Shown: positions 12,001 through 26,000 of the stretch, piece by piece | Numbering within the stretch: position 1 is the stretch's first letter | Layout: every line of letters starts with the position of its first letter | Assembly (NCBI GenBank): GCA_964057225.1 | Contig: OZ059900.1 | Span: forward strand, 4,836,001-4,900,000 | Direction of reading: 5' to 3' | Origin: Auanema rhodensis | Taxonomy: Eukaryota > Animalia > Nematoda | Length of the DNA: 64,000 nucleotides | Program-made: the position numbers and the translations under genes | Notes under the pieces: generated by a model | What the model was told of the DNA's origin: nothing | Databases searched by the model: none | What the model saw: only the letters and a program-made list of their open reading frames with translations

Positions 12001-15000
12001 ACAATACGATAGTGTTTCTAGACTAATATGACCATGGGAAATTCATTTAAGTTCACAGTATTCTTTTATCTTTAACGGTATCCGAGTTACAAATCAAGAT
12101 CACTTTCTTTGGATACTTAGGTGGTATAGCTACCTGTTCACAAAAAATTGGAAGTCTTGGTTACCATGCATCAAATCCTTTGAGATAGTGTTTCTAGACT
12201 AATATAACCATGGGGACTTCATCAAATTTCACAGTATTCTTCTATCTTCAACGGTATCCGAGTTACAAATCAAGATCACTTTCTTTGGATACTTAGGTGG
12301 TATAGCTACCTGTTCACAAAAAATTGGAAGTCTTGGTTACCATGCATCAAACACAATACGATAGTGTTTCTAGACTAATATGACCATGGGAAATTCATTT
12401 AAGTTCACAGTATTCTTTTATCTTTAACGGTATCCGAGTTACAAATCAAGATCACTTTCTTTGGATACTTAGGTGGTATAGCTACCTGTTCACAAAAAAT
12501 TGGAAGTCTTGGTTACCATGCATCAAATCCTTTGAGATAGTGTTTCTAGACTAATATAACCATGGGGACTTCATCAAATTTCACAGTATTCTTCTATCTT
12601 CAACGGTATCCGAGTTACAAATCAAGATCACTTTCTTTGGATACTTAGGTGGTATAGCTACCTATTCACAAAAAATTGGAAGTCCTGGTTACCATGCATC
12701 AAACCCATTAAGATTGTGTTTCTAGACTAATATAACCATGGGAAATTCATTTAAGTTCACAGTATTCTTCTATCTTTAACGGTATCCGAGTAACAAATCA
12801 AGATCACTTTCTTTGGATACTTAGGTGGTATAGCTACCTGTTCACAAAAAATTGGAAGTTTTGGTTACCATGCATCAAATCCTTTAAGATAGTGTTTCTA
12901 GACTAATATAACCATGGGGACTTCATCAAATTTTACAGTATTCTTCTATCTTTAACGGTATCCGAGTTACAAATCAAGATCACTTTCTTTGGATACTTAG
13001 GTGGTATAGCTACCTGTTCACAAAAAATTGGAAGTCTTGGTTACCATGCATCAAATCCTTTGAGATAGTGTTTCTAGACTAATATAACCATGGGGACTTC
13101 ATCAAATTTCACAGTATTCTTCTATCTTCAACGGTATCCGAGTTACAAATCAAGATCACTTTCTTTGGATACTTAGGTGGTATAGCTACCTATTCACAAA
13201 AAATTGGAAGTCCTGGTTACCATGCATCAAACCCATTAAGATTGTGTTTCTAGACTAATATAACCATGGGAAATTCATTTAAGTTAACAGTATTCTTCTA
13301 TCTTTAACGGTATCCGAGTTACAAATCAAGATCACTTTCTTTGGATACTTAGGTGGTATAGCTACCTGTTCACAAAAAATTGGAAGTCTTGGTTACCATG
13401 CATCAAATCCTTTAAGATAGTGTTTCTAGACTAATATAACCATGGGAAATTCATTTAAGTTCACAGTATTCTTTTATCTTTAACGGTATCCGAGTTACAA
13501 ATCAAGATCACTTTCTTTGGATACTTAGGTGGTATAGCTACCTGTTCACAAAAAATTGGAAGTCTTGGTTACCATGCATCAAATCCTTTGAGATAGTGTT
13601 TCTAGACTAATATAACCATGGGGACTTCATCAAATTTCACAGTATTCTTCTATCTTCAACGGTATCCGAGTTACAAATCAAGATCACTTTCTTTGGATAC
13701 TTAGGTGGTATAGCTACCTATTCACAAAAAATTGGAAGTCCTGGTTACCATGCATCAAACCCATTAAGATTGTGTTTCTAGACTAATATAACCATGGGAA
13801 ATTCATTTAAGTTAACAGTATTCTTCTATCTTTAACGGTATCCGAGTTACAAATCAAGATCACTTTCTTTGGATACTTAGGTGGTATAGCTACCTGTTCA
13901 CAAAAAATTGGAAGTCTTGGTTACCATGCATCAAACACAATACGATAGTGTTTCTAGACTAATATGACCATGGGAAATTCATTTAAGTTCACAGTATTCT
14001 TTTATCTTTAACGGTATCCGAGTTACAAATCAAGATCACTTTCTTTGGATACTTAGGTGGTATAGCTACCTGTTCACAAAAAATTGGAAGTCTTGGTTAC
14101 CATGCATCAAATCCTTTGAGATAGTGTTTCTAGACTAATATAACCATGGGGACTTCATCAAATTTCACAGTATTCTTCTATCTTCAACGGTATCCGAGTT
14201 ACAAATCAAGATCACTTTCTTTGGATACTTAGGTGGTATAGCTACCTGTTCACAAAAAATTGGAAGTCTTGGTTACCATGCATCAAACACAATACGATAG
14301 TGTTTCTAGACTAATATGACCATGGGAAATTCATTTAAGTTCACAGTATTCTTTTATCTTTAACGGTATCCGAGTTACAAATCAAGATCACTTTCTTTGG
14401 ATACTTAGGTGGTATAGCTACCTGTTCACAAAAAATTGGAAGTCTTGGTTACCATGCATCAAATCCTTTGAGATAGTGTTTCTAGACTAATATAACCATG
14501 GGGACTTCATCAAATTTCACAGTATTCTTCTATCTTCAACGGTATCCGAGTTACAAATCAAGATCACTTTCTTTGGATACTTAGGTGGTATAGCTACCTA
14601 TTCACAAAAAATTGGAAGTCCTGGTTACCATGCATCAAACCCATTAAGATTGTGTTTCTAGACTAATATAACCATGGGAAATTCATTTAAGTTAACAGTA
14701 TTCTTCTATCTTTAACGGTATCCGAGTTACAAATCAAGATCACTTTCTTTGGATACTTAGGTGGTATAGCTACCTGTTCACAAAAAATTGGAAGTCTTGG
14801 TTACCATGCATCAAACACAATACGATAGTGTTTCTAGACTAATATGACCATGGGAAATTCATTTAAGTTCACAGTATTCTTTTATCTTTAACGGTATCCG
14901 AGTTACAAATCAAGATCACTTTCTTTGGATACTTAGGTGGTATAGCTACCTGTTCACAAAAAATTGGAAGTCTTGGTTACCATGCATCAAATCCTTTGAG

Positions 15001-18000
15001 ATAGTGTTTCTAGACTAATATAACCATGGGGACTTCATCAAATTTCACAGTATTCTTCTATCTTCAACGGTATCCGAGTTACAAATCAAGATCACTTTCT
15101 TTGGATACTTAGGTGGTATAGCTACCTGTTCACAAAAAATTGGAAGTCCTGGTTACCATGCATCAAACCCATTAAAATTGTGTTTCTAGACTAATATGAC
15201 CATGGGAAATTCTTTTAAGTTTACAGTATTCTTCTATCTTTAACGGTATCCGAGTAACAAATCAAGATCACTTTCTTTGGATACTTAGGTGGTATAGCTA
15301 CCTGTTCACAAAAAATTGGAAGTTTTGGTTACCATGCATCAAATCCTTTAAGATAGTGTTTCTAGACTAATATAACCATGGGGACTTCATCAAATTTTAC
15401 AGTATTCTTCTATCTTTAACGGTATCCGAGTTACAAATCAAGATCACTTTCTTTGGATACTTAGGTGGTATAGCTACCTGTTCACAAAAAATTGGAAGTC
15501 CTGGTTACCATGCATCAAACCCATTAAGATTGTGTTTCTAGACTAATATGACCATGGGAAATTCATTTAAGTTCACAGTATTCTTCTATCTTCAACGGTA
15601 TCCGAGTTAAAAATCAAGATCACTTTCTTTGGATACTTAGGTGGTATAGCTACCTGTTCACAAAAAATTGGAAGTCCTGGTTACCATGCATCAAACCCAT
15701 TAAGATTGTGTTTCTAGACTAATATGACCATGGGAAATTCATTTAAGTTCACAGTATTCTTCTATCTTCAACGGTATCCGAGTTACAAATCAAGATCACT
15801 TTCTTTGGATACTTAGGTGGTATAGCTACCTGTTCACAAAAAATTGGAAGTCTTGGTTACCATGCATCAAATCCTTTGAGATAGTGTTTCTAGACTAATA
15901 TAACCATGGGGACTTCATCAAATTTCACAGTATTCTTCTATCTTCAACGGTATCCGAGTTACAAATCAAGATCACTTTCTTTGGATACTTAGGTGGTATA
16001 GCTACCTGTTCACAAAAAATTGGAAGTCCTGGTTACCATGCATCAAACCCATTAAGATTGTGTTTCTAGACTAATATGACCATGGGAAATTCATTTAAGT
16101 TCACAGTATTCTTCTATCTTCAACGGTATCCGAGTTACAAATCAAGATCACTTTCTTTGGATACTTAGGTGGTATAGCTACCTGTTCACAAAAAATTGGA
16201 AGTCCTGGTTACCATGCATCAAACCCATTAAGATTGTGTTTCTAGACTAATATGACCATGGGAAATTCATTTAAGTTCACAGTATTCTTCTATCTTTAAC
16301 GGTATCCGAGTTACAAATCAAGATCACTTTCTTTGGATACTTAGGTGGTATAGCTACCTGTTCACAAAAAATTGGAAGTCTTGGTTACCATGCATCAAAT
16401 CCTTTGAGATAGTGTTTCTAGACTAATATAACCATGGGGACTTCATCAAATTTCACAGTATTCTTCTATCTTCAACGGTATCCGAGTTACAAATCAAGAT
16501 CACTTTCTTTGGATACTTAGGTGGTATAGCTACCTGTTCACAAAAAATTGGAAGTCCTGGTTACCATGCATCAAACCCATTAAGATTGTGTTTCTAGACT
16601 AATATGACCATGGGAAATTCATTTAAGTTCACAGTATTCTTCTATCTTTAACGGTATCCGAGTTACAAATCAAGATCACTTTCTTTGGATACTTAGGTGG
16701 TATAGCTACCTGTTCACAAAAAATTGGAAGTCTTGGTTACCATGCATCAAATCCTTTGAGATAGTGTTTCTAGACTAATATAACCATGGGGACTTCATCA
16801 AATTTCACAGTATTCTTCTATCTTCAACGGTATCCGAGTTACAAATCAAGATCACTTTCTTTGGATACTTAGGTGGTATAGCTACCTGTTCACAAAAAAT
16901 TGGAAGTCTTGGTTACCATGCATCAAACACAATACGATAGTGTTTCTAGACTAATATGACCATGGGAAATTCATTTAAGTTTACAGTATTCTTCTATCTT
17001 TAACGGTATCCGAGTAACAAATCAAGATCACTTTCTTTGGATACTTAGGTGGTATAGCTACCTGTTCACAAAAAATTGGAAGTTTTGGTTACCATGCATC
17101 AAATCCTTTAAGATAGTGTTTCTAGACTAATATAACCATGGGGACTTCATCAAATTTTACAGTATTCTTCTATCTTTAACGGTATCCGAGTTACAAATCA
17201 AGATCACTTTCTTTGGATACTTAGGTGGTATAGCTACCTGTTCACAAAAAATTGGAAGTCCTGGTTACCATGCATCAAACCCATTAAAATTGTGTTTCTA
17301 GACTAATATGACCATGGGAAATTTATTTAAGTTCACAGTATTCTTTTATCTTCAACGGTATCCGAGTTACAAATCAAGATCACTTTCTTTGGATACTTAT
17401 GTGGTATAGCTACCTGTTCACAAAAAATTGGAAGTCTTGGTTACCATGCATCAAATCCTTTAAGATAGTGTTTCTAGACTAATATAACCATGGGGACTTC
17501 ATCAAATTTCACAGTATTCTTCTATCTTTAACGGTATCCGAGTTACAAATCAAGATCACTTTCTTTGGATACTTAGGTGGTATAGCTACCTGTTCACAAA
17601 AAATTGGAAGTCCTGGTTACCATGCATCAAACCCATTAAGATTGTGTTTCTAGACTAATATAACCATGGGAAATTCATTTAAGTTCACAGTATTCTTCTA
17701 TCTTTAACGGTATCCGAGTTACAAATCAAGATCACTTTCTTTGGATACTTAGGTGGTATAGCTACCTGTTCACAAAAAATTGGAAGTCTTGGTTACCATG
17801 CATCAAACACAATACGATAGTGTTTCTAGACTAATATGACCATGGGAAATTCATTTAAGTTCACAGTATTCTTTTATCTTTAACGGTATCCGAGTTACAA
17901 ATCAAGATCACTTTCTTTGGATACTTAGGTGGTATAGCTACCTGTTCACAAAAAATTGGAAGTCTTGGTTACCATGCATCAAATCCTTTGAGATAGTGTT

Positions 18001-20064
18001 TCTAGACTAATATAACCATGGGGACTTCATCAAATTTCACAGTATTCTTCTATCTTCAACGGTATCCGAGTTACAAATCAAGATCACTTTCTTTGGATAC
18101 TTAGGTGGTATAGCTACCTGTTCACAAAAAATTGGAAGTCTTGGTTACCATGCATCAAATCCTTTGAGATAGTGTTTCTAGACTAATATAACCATGGGGA
18201 CTTCATCAAATTTCACAGTATTCTTCTATCTTTAACGGTATCCGAGTAACAAATCAAGATCACTTTCTTTGGATACTTAGGTGGTATAGCTACCTGTTCA
18301 CAAAAAATTGGAAGTCCTGGTTACCATGCATCAAACCCATTAAGATTGTGTTTCTAGACTAATATGACCATGGGAAATTCATTTAAGTTCACAGTATTCT
18401 TCTATCTTTAACGGTATCCGAGTTACAAATCAAGATCACTTTCTTTGGATACTTAGGTGGTATAGCTACCTGTTCACAAAAAATTGGAAGTCTTGGTTAC
18501 CATGCATCAAATCCTTTGAGATAGTGTTTCTAGACTAATATAACCATGGGGACTTCATCAAATTTCACAGTATTCTTCTATCTTCAACGGTATCCGAGTT
18601 ACAAATCAAGATCACTTTCTTTGGATACTTAGGTGGTATAGCTACCTGTTCACAAAAAATTGGAAGTCTTGGTTACCATGCATCAAACACAATACGATAG
18701 TGTTTCTAGACTAATATGACCATGGGAAATTCGTTTAAGTTTACAGTATTCTTCTATCTTTAACGGTATCCGAGTAACAAATCAAGATCACTTTCTTTGG
18801 ATACTTAGGTGGTATAGCTACCTGTTCACAAAAAATTGGAAGTTTTGGTTACCATGCATCAAATCCTTTAAGATAGTGTTTCTAGACTAATATAACCATG
18901 GGGACTTCATCAAATTTTACAGTATTCTTCTATCTTTAACGGTATCCGAGTTACAAATCAAGATCACTTTCTTTGGATACTTAGGTGGTATAGCTACCTG
19001 TTCACAAAAAATTGGAAGTCCTGGTTACCATGCATCAAACCCATTAAAATTGTGTTTCTAGACTAATATGACCATGGGAAATTTATTTAAGTTCACAGTA
19101 TTCTTTTATCTTCAACGGTATCCGAGTTACAAATCAAGATCACTTTCTTTGGATACTTATGTGGTATAGCTACCTGTTCACAAAAAATTGGAAGTCTTGG
19201 TTACCATGCATCAAATCCTTTAAGATAGTGTTTCTAGACTAATATAACCATGGGGACTTCATCAAATTTCACAGTATTCTTCTATCTTTAACGGTATCCG
19301 AGTTACAAATCAAGATCACTTTCTTTGGATACTTAGGTGGTATAGCTACCTGTTCACAAAAAATTGGAAGTCCTGGTTACCATGCATCAAACCCATTAAG
19401 ATTGTGTTTCTAGACTAATATAACCATGGGAAATTCATTTAAGTTCACAGTATTCTTCTATCTTTAACGGTATCCGAGTTACAAATCAAGATCACTTTCT
19501 TTGGATACTTAGGTGGTATAGCTACCTGTTCACAAAAAATTGGAAGTCTTGGTTACCATGCATCAAACACAATACGATAGTGTTTCTAGACTAATATGAC
19601 CATGGGAAATTCATTTAAGTTCACAGTATTCTTTTATCTTTAACGGTATCCGAGTTACAAATCAAGATCACTTTCTTTGGATACTTAGGTGGTATAGCTA
19701 CCTGTTCACAAAAAATTGGAAGTCTTGGTTACCATGCATCAAATCCTTTGAGATAGTGTTTCTAGACTAATATAACCATGGGGACTTCATCAAATTTCAC
19801 AGTATTCTTCTATCTTCAACGGTATCCGAGTTACAAATCAAGATCACTTTCTTTGGATACTTAGGTGGTATAGCTACCTGTTCACAAAAAATTGGAAGTC
19901 CTGGTTACCATGCATCAAATCCTTTGAGATAGTGTTTCTAGACTAATATAACCATGGGGACTTCATCAAATTTCACAGTATTCTTCTATCTTTAACGGTA
20001 TCCGAGTAACAAATCAAGATCACTTTCTTTGGATACTTAGGTGGTATAGCTACCTGTTCACAAA
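1..20064. repeat. Satellite subdomain I: irregular ~7-mer higher-order repeat of class A/B/C monomers
   Basis: Enriched for the variants gtcttgg/gttttgg, tcctttgag, cttcaacgg, cgagtaac and cccattaaa. A full 7-mer is at 4225-5456. The boundary is approximate. Confidence 0.75.
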
Positions 20065-23000
20065 AAATTGGAAGTCTTGGTTACCATGCATCAAATCCTT
20101 TGAGATAGTGTTTCTAGACTAATATAACCATGGGGACTTCATTAAAATGTACAATATTCTTCTATCTTTAACGGTATCCGAGTTACAAATCAAGATCACT
20201 TTCTTTGGATACTTAGGTGGTATAGCTACCTGTTCACAAAAAGTTGGAAGTCCTGGTTACCATGCATCAAATCCTTTAAGATAGTGTTTCTAGACTAATA
20301 TAACCATGGGGACTTTATCAAATTTCACAGTATTCTTCTATCTTTAACGGTATCCGAGTTACAAATCAAGATCACTTTCTTTGGATACTTAGGTGGTATA
20401 GCTACCTGTTCACAAAAAATTGGAAGTCCTGGTTACCATGCATCAAATCCTTTGAGATAGTGTTTCTAGACTAATATAACCATGGGGACTTCATCAAATT
20501 TCACAGTATTCTTCTATCTTTAACGGTATCCGAGTTACAAATCAAGATCACTTTCTTTGGATACTTAGGTGGTATAGCTACCTGTTCACAAAAAATTGGA
20601 AGTCCTGGTTACCATGCATCAAATCCTTTAAGATAGTGTTTCTAGACTAATATGACCATGGGGACTTCATTAAAATGTACAATATTCTTCTATCTTTAAC
20701 GGTATCCGAGTTACAAATCAAGATCACTTTCTTTGGATACTTAGGTGGTATAGCTACCTGTTCACAAAAAGTTGGAAGTCCTGGTTACCATGCATCAAAT
20801 CCTTTAAGATAGTGTTTCTAGACTAATATAACCATGGGGACTTTATCAAATTTCACAGTATTCTTCTATCTTTAACGGTATCCGAGTTACAAATCAAGAT
20901 CACTTTCTTTGGATACTTAGGTGGTATAGCTACCTGTTCACAAAAAATTGGAAGTCCTGGTTACCATGCATCAAATTCTTTAAGATAGTGTTTCTAGACT
21001 AATATGACCATGGGGACTTCATTAAAATTAACAGTATTCTTCTATCTTTAACGGTATCCGAGTTACAAATCAAGATCACTTTCTTTGGATACTTAGGTGG
21101 TATAGCTACCTGTTCACAAAAAATTGGAAGTCCTGGTTACCATGCATCAAACCCATTAAGATTGTGTTTCTAGACTAATATAACTATGGGAAATTCATTT
21201 AAGTTCACATTATTCTTCTATCTTTAACGGTATCCGAGTTACAAATCAAGATCACTTTCTTTGGATACTTAGGTGGTATAGCTACCTGTTCACAAAAAAT
21301 TGGAAGTCCTGGTTACCATGCATCAAATCCTTTAAGATAGTGTTTCTAGACTAATATAACCATGGGGACTTTATCAAATTTCACAGTATTCTTCTATCTT
21401 TAACGGTATCCGAGTTACAAATCAAGATCACTTTCTTTGGATACTTAGGTGGTATAGCTACCTGTTCACAAAAAATTGGAAGTCCTGGTTACCATGCATC
21501 AAATCCTTTAAGATAGTGTTTCTAGACTAATATAACCATGGGGACTTCATCAAATTTCACAGTATTCTTCTATCTTTAACGGTATCCGAGTTACAAATCA
21601 AGATCACTTTCTTTGGATACTTAGGTGGTATAGCTACCTGTTCACAAAAAATTGGAAGTCCTGGTTACCATGCATCAAACCCATTAAGATTGTGTCTCTA
21701 GACTAATATAACCATGGGAAATTCATTTAAGTTCACAGTATTCTTCTATCTTTAACGGTATCCGAGTTACAAATCAAGATCACTTTCTTTGGATACTTAG
21801 GTGGTATAGCTACCTGTTCACAAAAAATTGGAAGTCCTGGTTACCATGCATCAAACCCATTAAGATTGTGTTTCTAGACTAATATAACCATGGGAAATTC
21901 ATTTAAGTTCACAGTATTCTTCTATCTTTAACGGTATCCGAGTTACAAATCAAGATCACTTTCTTTGGATACTTAGGTGGTATAGCTACCTGTTCACAAA
22001 AAATTGGAAGTCTTGGTTACCATGCATCAAACACAATACGATAGTGTTTCTAGACTAATATGACCATGAGAAATTCATTTAAGTTTACAGTATTCTTCTA
22101 TCTTTAACGGTATCCGAGTTACAAATCAAGATCACTTTCTTTGGATACTTAGGTGGTATAGCTACCTGTTCACAAAAAATTGGAAGTCCTGGTTACCATG
22201 CATCAAACCCATTAAGATTGTGTCTCTAGACTAATATAACCATGGGAAATTCATTTAAGTTCACAGTATTCTTCTATCTTTAACGGTATCCGAGTTACAA
22301 ATCAAGATCACTTTCTTTGGATACTTAGGTGGTATAGCTACCTGTTCACAAAAAATTGGAAGTCCTGGTTACCATGCATCAAACCCATTAAGATTGTGTT
22401 TCTAGACTAATATAACCATGGGAAATTCATTTAAGTTCACAGTATTCTTCTATCTTTAACGGTATCCGAGTTACAAATCAAGATCACTTTCTTTGGATAC
22501 TTAGGTGGTATAGCTACTTGTTCACAAAAAATTGGAAGTCCTGGTTACCATGCATCAAACCCATTAAGATTGTGTTTCTAGACTAATATAACCATGGGGA
22601 CTTTATCAAATTTCACAGTATTCTTCTATCTTTAACGGTATCCGAGTTACAAATCAAGATCACTTTCTTTGGATACTTAGGTGGTATAGCTACCTGTTCA
22701 CAAAAAATTGGAAGTCCTGGTTACCATGCATCAAATCCTTTAAGATAGTGTTTCTAGACTAATATAACCATGGGGACTTCATCAAATTTCACAGTATTCT
22801 TCTATCTTTAACGGTATCCGAGTTACAAATCAAGATCACTTTCTTTGGATACTTAGGTGGTATAGCTACCTGTTCACAAAAAATTGGAAGTCCTGGTTAC
22901 CATGCATCAAACCCATTAAGATTGTGTCTCTAGACTAATATAACCATGGGAAATTCATTTAAGTTCACAGTATTCTTCTATCTTTAACGGTATCCGAGTT

Positions 23001-26000
23001 ACAAATCAAGATCACTTTCTTTGGATACTTAGGTGGTATAGCTACCTGTTCACAAAAAATTGGAAGTCCTGGTTACCATGCATCAAACCCATTAAGATTG
23101 TGTTTCTAGACTAATATAACCATGGGAAATTCATTTAAGTTCACAGTATTCTTCTATCTTTAACGGTATCCGAGTTACAAATCAAGATCACTTTCTTTGG
23201 ATACTTAGGTGGTATAGCTACCTGTTCACAAAAAATTGGAAGTCTTGGTTACCATGCATCAAACACAATACGATAGTGTTTCTAGACTAATATGACCATG
23301 AGAAATTCATTTAAGTTTACAGTATTCTTCTATCTTTAACGGTATCCGAGTTACAAATCAAGATCACTTTCTTTGGATACTTAGGTGGTATAGCTACCTG
23401 TTCACAAAAAATTGGAAGTCCTGGTTACCATGCATCAAACCCATTAAGATTGTGTTTCTAGACTAATATAACCATGGGAAATTCATTTAAGTTCACAGTA
23501 TTCTTCTATCTTTAACGGTATCCGAGTTACAAATCAAGATCACTTTCTTTGGATACTTAGGTGGTATAGCTACCTGTTCACAAAAAATTGGAAGTCTTGG
23601 TTACCATGCATCAAACACAATACGATAGTGTTTCTAGACTAATATGACCATGAGAAATTCATTTAAGTTTACAGTATTCTTCTATCTTTAACGGTATCCG
23701 AGTTACAAATCAAGATCACTTTCTTTGGATACTTAGGTGGTATAGCTACTTGTTCACAAAAAATTGGAAGTCCTGGTTACCATGCATCAAATCCTTTAAG
23801 ATAGTGTTTCTAGACTAATATGACCATGGGGACTTCATTAAAATTAACAGTATTCTTCTATCTTTAACGGTATCCGAGTTACAAATCAAGATCACTTTCT
23901 TTGGATACTTAGGTGGTATAGCTACCTGTTCACAAAAAATTGGAAGTCCTGGTTACCATGCATCAAATCCTTTAAGATAGTGTTTCTAGACTAATATGAC
24001 CATGGGGACTTCATTAAAATTAACAGTATTCTTCTATCTTTAACGGTATCCGAGTTACAAATCAAGATCACTTTCTTTGGATACTTAGGTGGTATAGCTA
24101 CCTGTTCACAAAAAATTGGAAGTCCTGGTTACCATGCATCAAACCCATTAAGATTGTGTTTCTAGACTAATATAACCATGGGAAATTCATTTAAGTTCAC
24201 AGTATTCTTTTATCTTTAACGGTATCCGAGTTACAAATCAAGATCACTTTCTTTGGATACTTATGTGGTATAGCTACCTGTTCACAAAAAATTGGAAGTC
24301 CTGGTTACCATGCATCAAATCCTTTAAGATAGTGTTTCTAGACTAATATAACCATGGGGACTTTATCAAAGTTTACAGTATTCTTCTATCTTTAACGGTA
24401 TCCGAGTTACAAATCAAGATCACTTTCTTTGGATACTTATGTGGTATAGCTACCTGTTCACAAAAAATTGGAAGTCCTGGTTACCATGCATCAAACCCAT
24501 TAAGATTGTGTTTCTAGACTAATATAACCATGGGAAATTCATTTAAGTTCACAGTATTCTTCTATCTTTAACGGTATCCGAGTTACAAATCAAGATCACT
24601 TTCTTTGGATACTTAGGTGGTATAGCTACCTGTTCACAAAAAATTGGAAGTCCTGGTTACCATGCATCAAATCCTTTAAGATAGTGTTTCTTAACTAATA
24701 TAACCATGGGGACTTCATCAAATTTCACAGTATTCTTCTATCTTTAACGGTATCCGAGTTACAAATCAAGATCACTTTCTTTGGATACTTAGGTGGTATA
24801 GCTACCTGTTCACAAAAAATTGGAAGTCCTGGTTACCATGCATCAAACCCATTAAGATTGTGTTTCTAGACTAATATGACCATGAGAAATTCATTTAAGT
24901 TCACAGTATTCTTCTATCTTTAACGGTATCCGAGTTACAAATCAAGATCACTTTCTTTGGATACTTAGGTGGTATAGCTACCTGTTCACAAAAAATTGGA
25001 AGTCCTGGTTACCATGCATCAAACCCATTAAGATTGTGTTTCTAGACTAATATGACCATGGGAAATTTATTTAAGTACACAGTATTCTTCTATCTTTAAC
25101 GGTATCCGAGTTACAAATCAAGATCACTTTCTTTGGATACTTATGTGGTATAGCTACCTGTTCACAAAAAATTGGAAGTCCTGGTTACCATGCATCAAAT
25201 CCTTTAACATAGTGTTTCTAGACTAATATAACCATGGGAAATTCATTTAAGTTCACAGTATTCTTCTATCTTTAACGGTATCCGAGTTACAAATCAAGAT
25301 CACTTTCTTTGGATACTTAGGTGGTATAGCTACCTGTTCACAAAAAATTGGAAGTCCTGGTTACCATGCATCAAACCCATTAAGATTGTGTCTCTAGACT
25401 AATATAACCATGGGAAATTCATTTAAGTTCACAGTATTCTTCTATCTTTAACGGTATCCGAGTTACAAATCAAGATCACTTTCTTTGGATACTTAGGTGG
25501 TATAGCTACTTGTTCACAAAAAATTGGAAGTCCTGGTTACCATGCATCAAACCCATTAAGATTGTGTTTCTAGACTAATATAACCATGAGAAATTCATTT
25601 AAGTTTACAGTATTCTTCTATCTTTAACGGTATCCGAGTTACAAATCAAGATCACTTTCTTTGGATACTTAGGTGGTATAGCTACCTGTTCACAAAAAAT
25701 TGGAAGTCTTGGTTACCATGCATCAAACACAATACGATAGTGTTTCTAGACTAATATGACCATGAGAAATTCATTTAAGTTTACAGTATTCTTCTATCTT
25801 TAACGGTATCCGAGTTACAAATCAAGATCACTTTCTTTGGATACTTAGGTGGTATAGCTACTTGTTCACAAAAAATTGGAAGTCCTGGTTACCATGCATC
25901 AAATCCTTTAAGATAGTGTTTCTAGACTAATATGACCATGGGGACTTCATTAAAATTAACAGTATTCTTCTATCTTTAACGGTATCCGAGTTACAAATCA

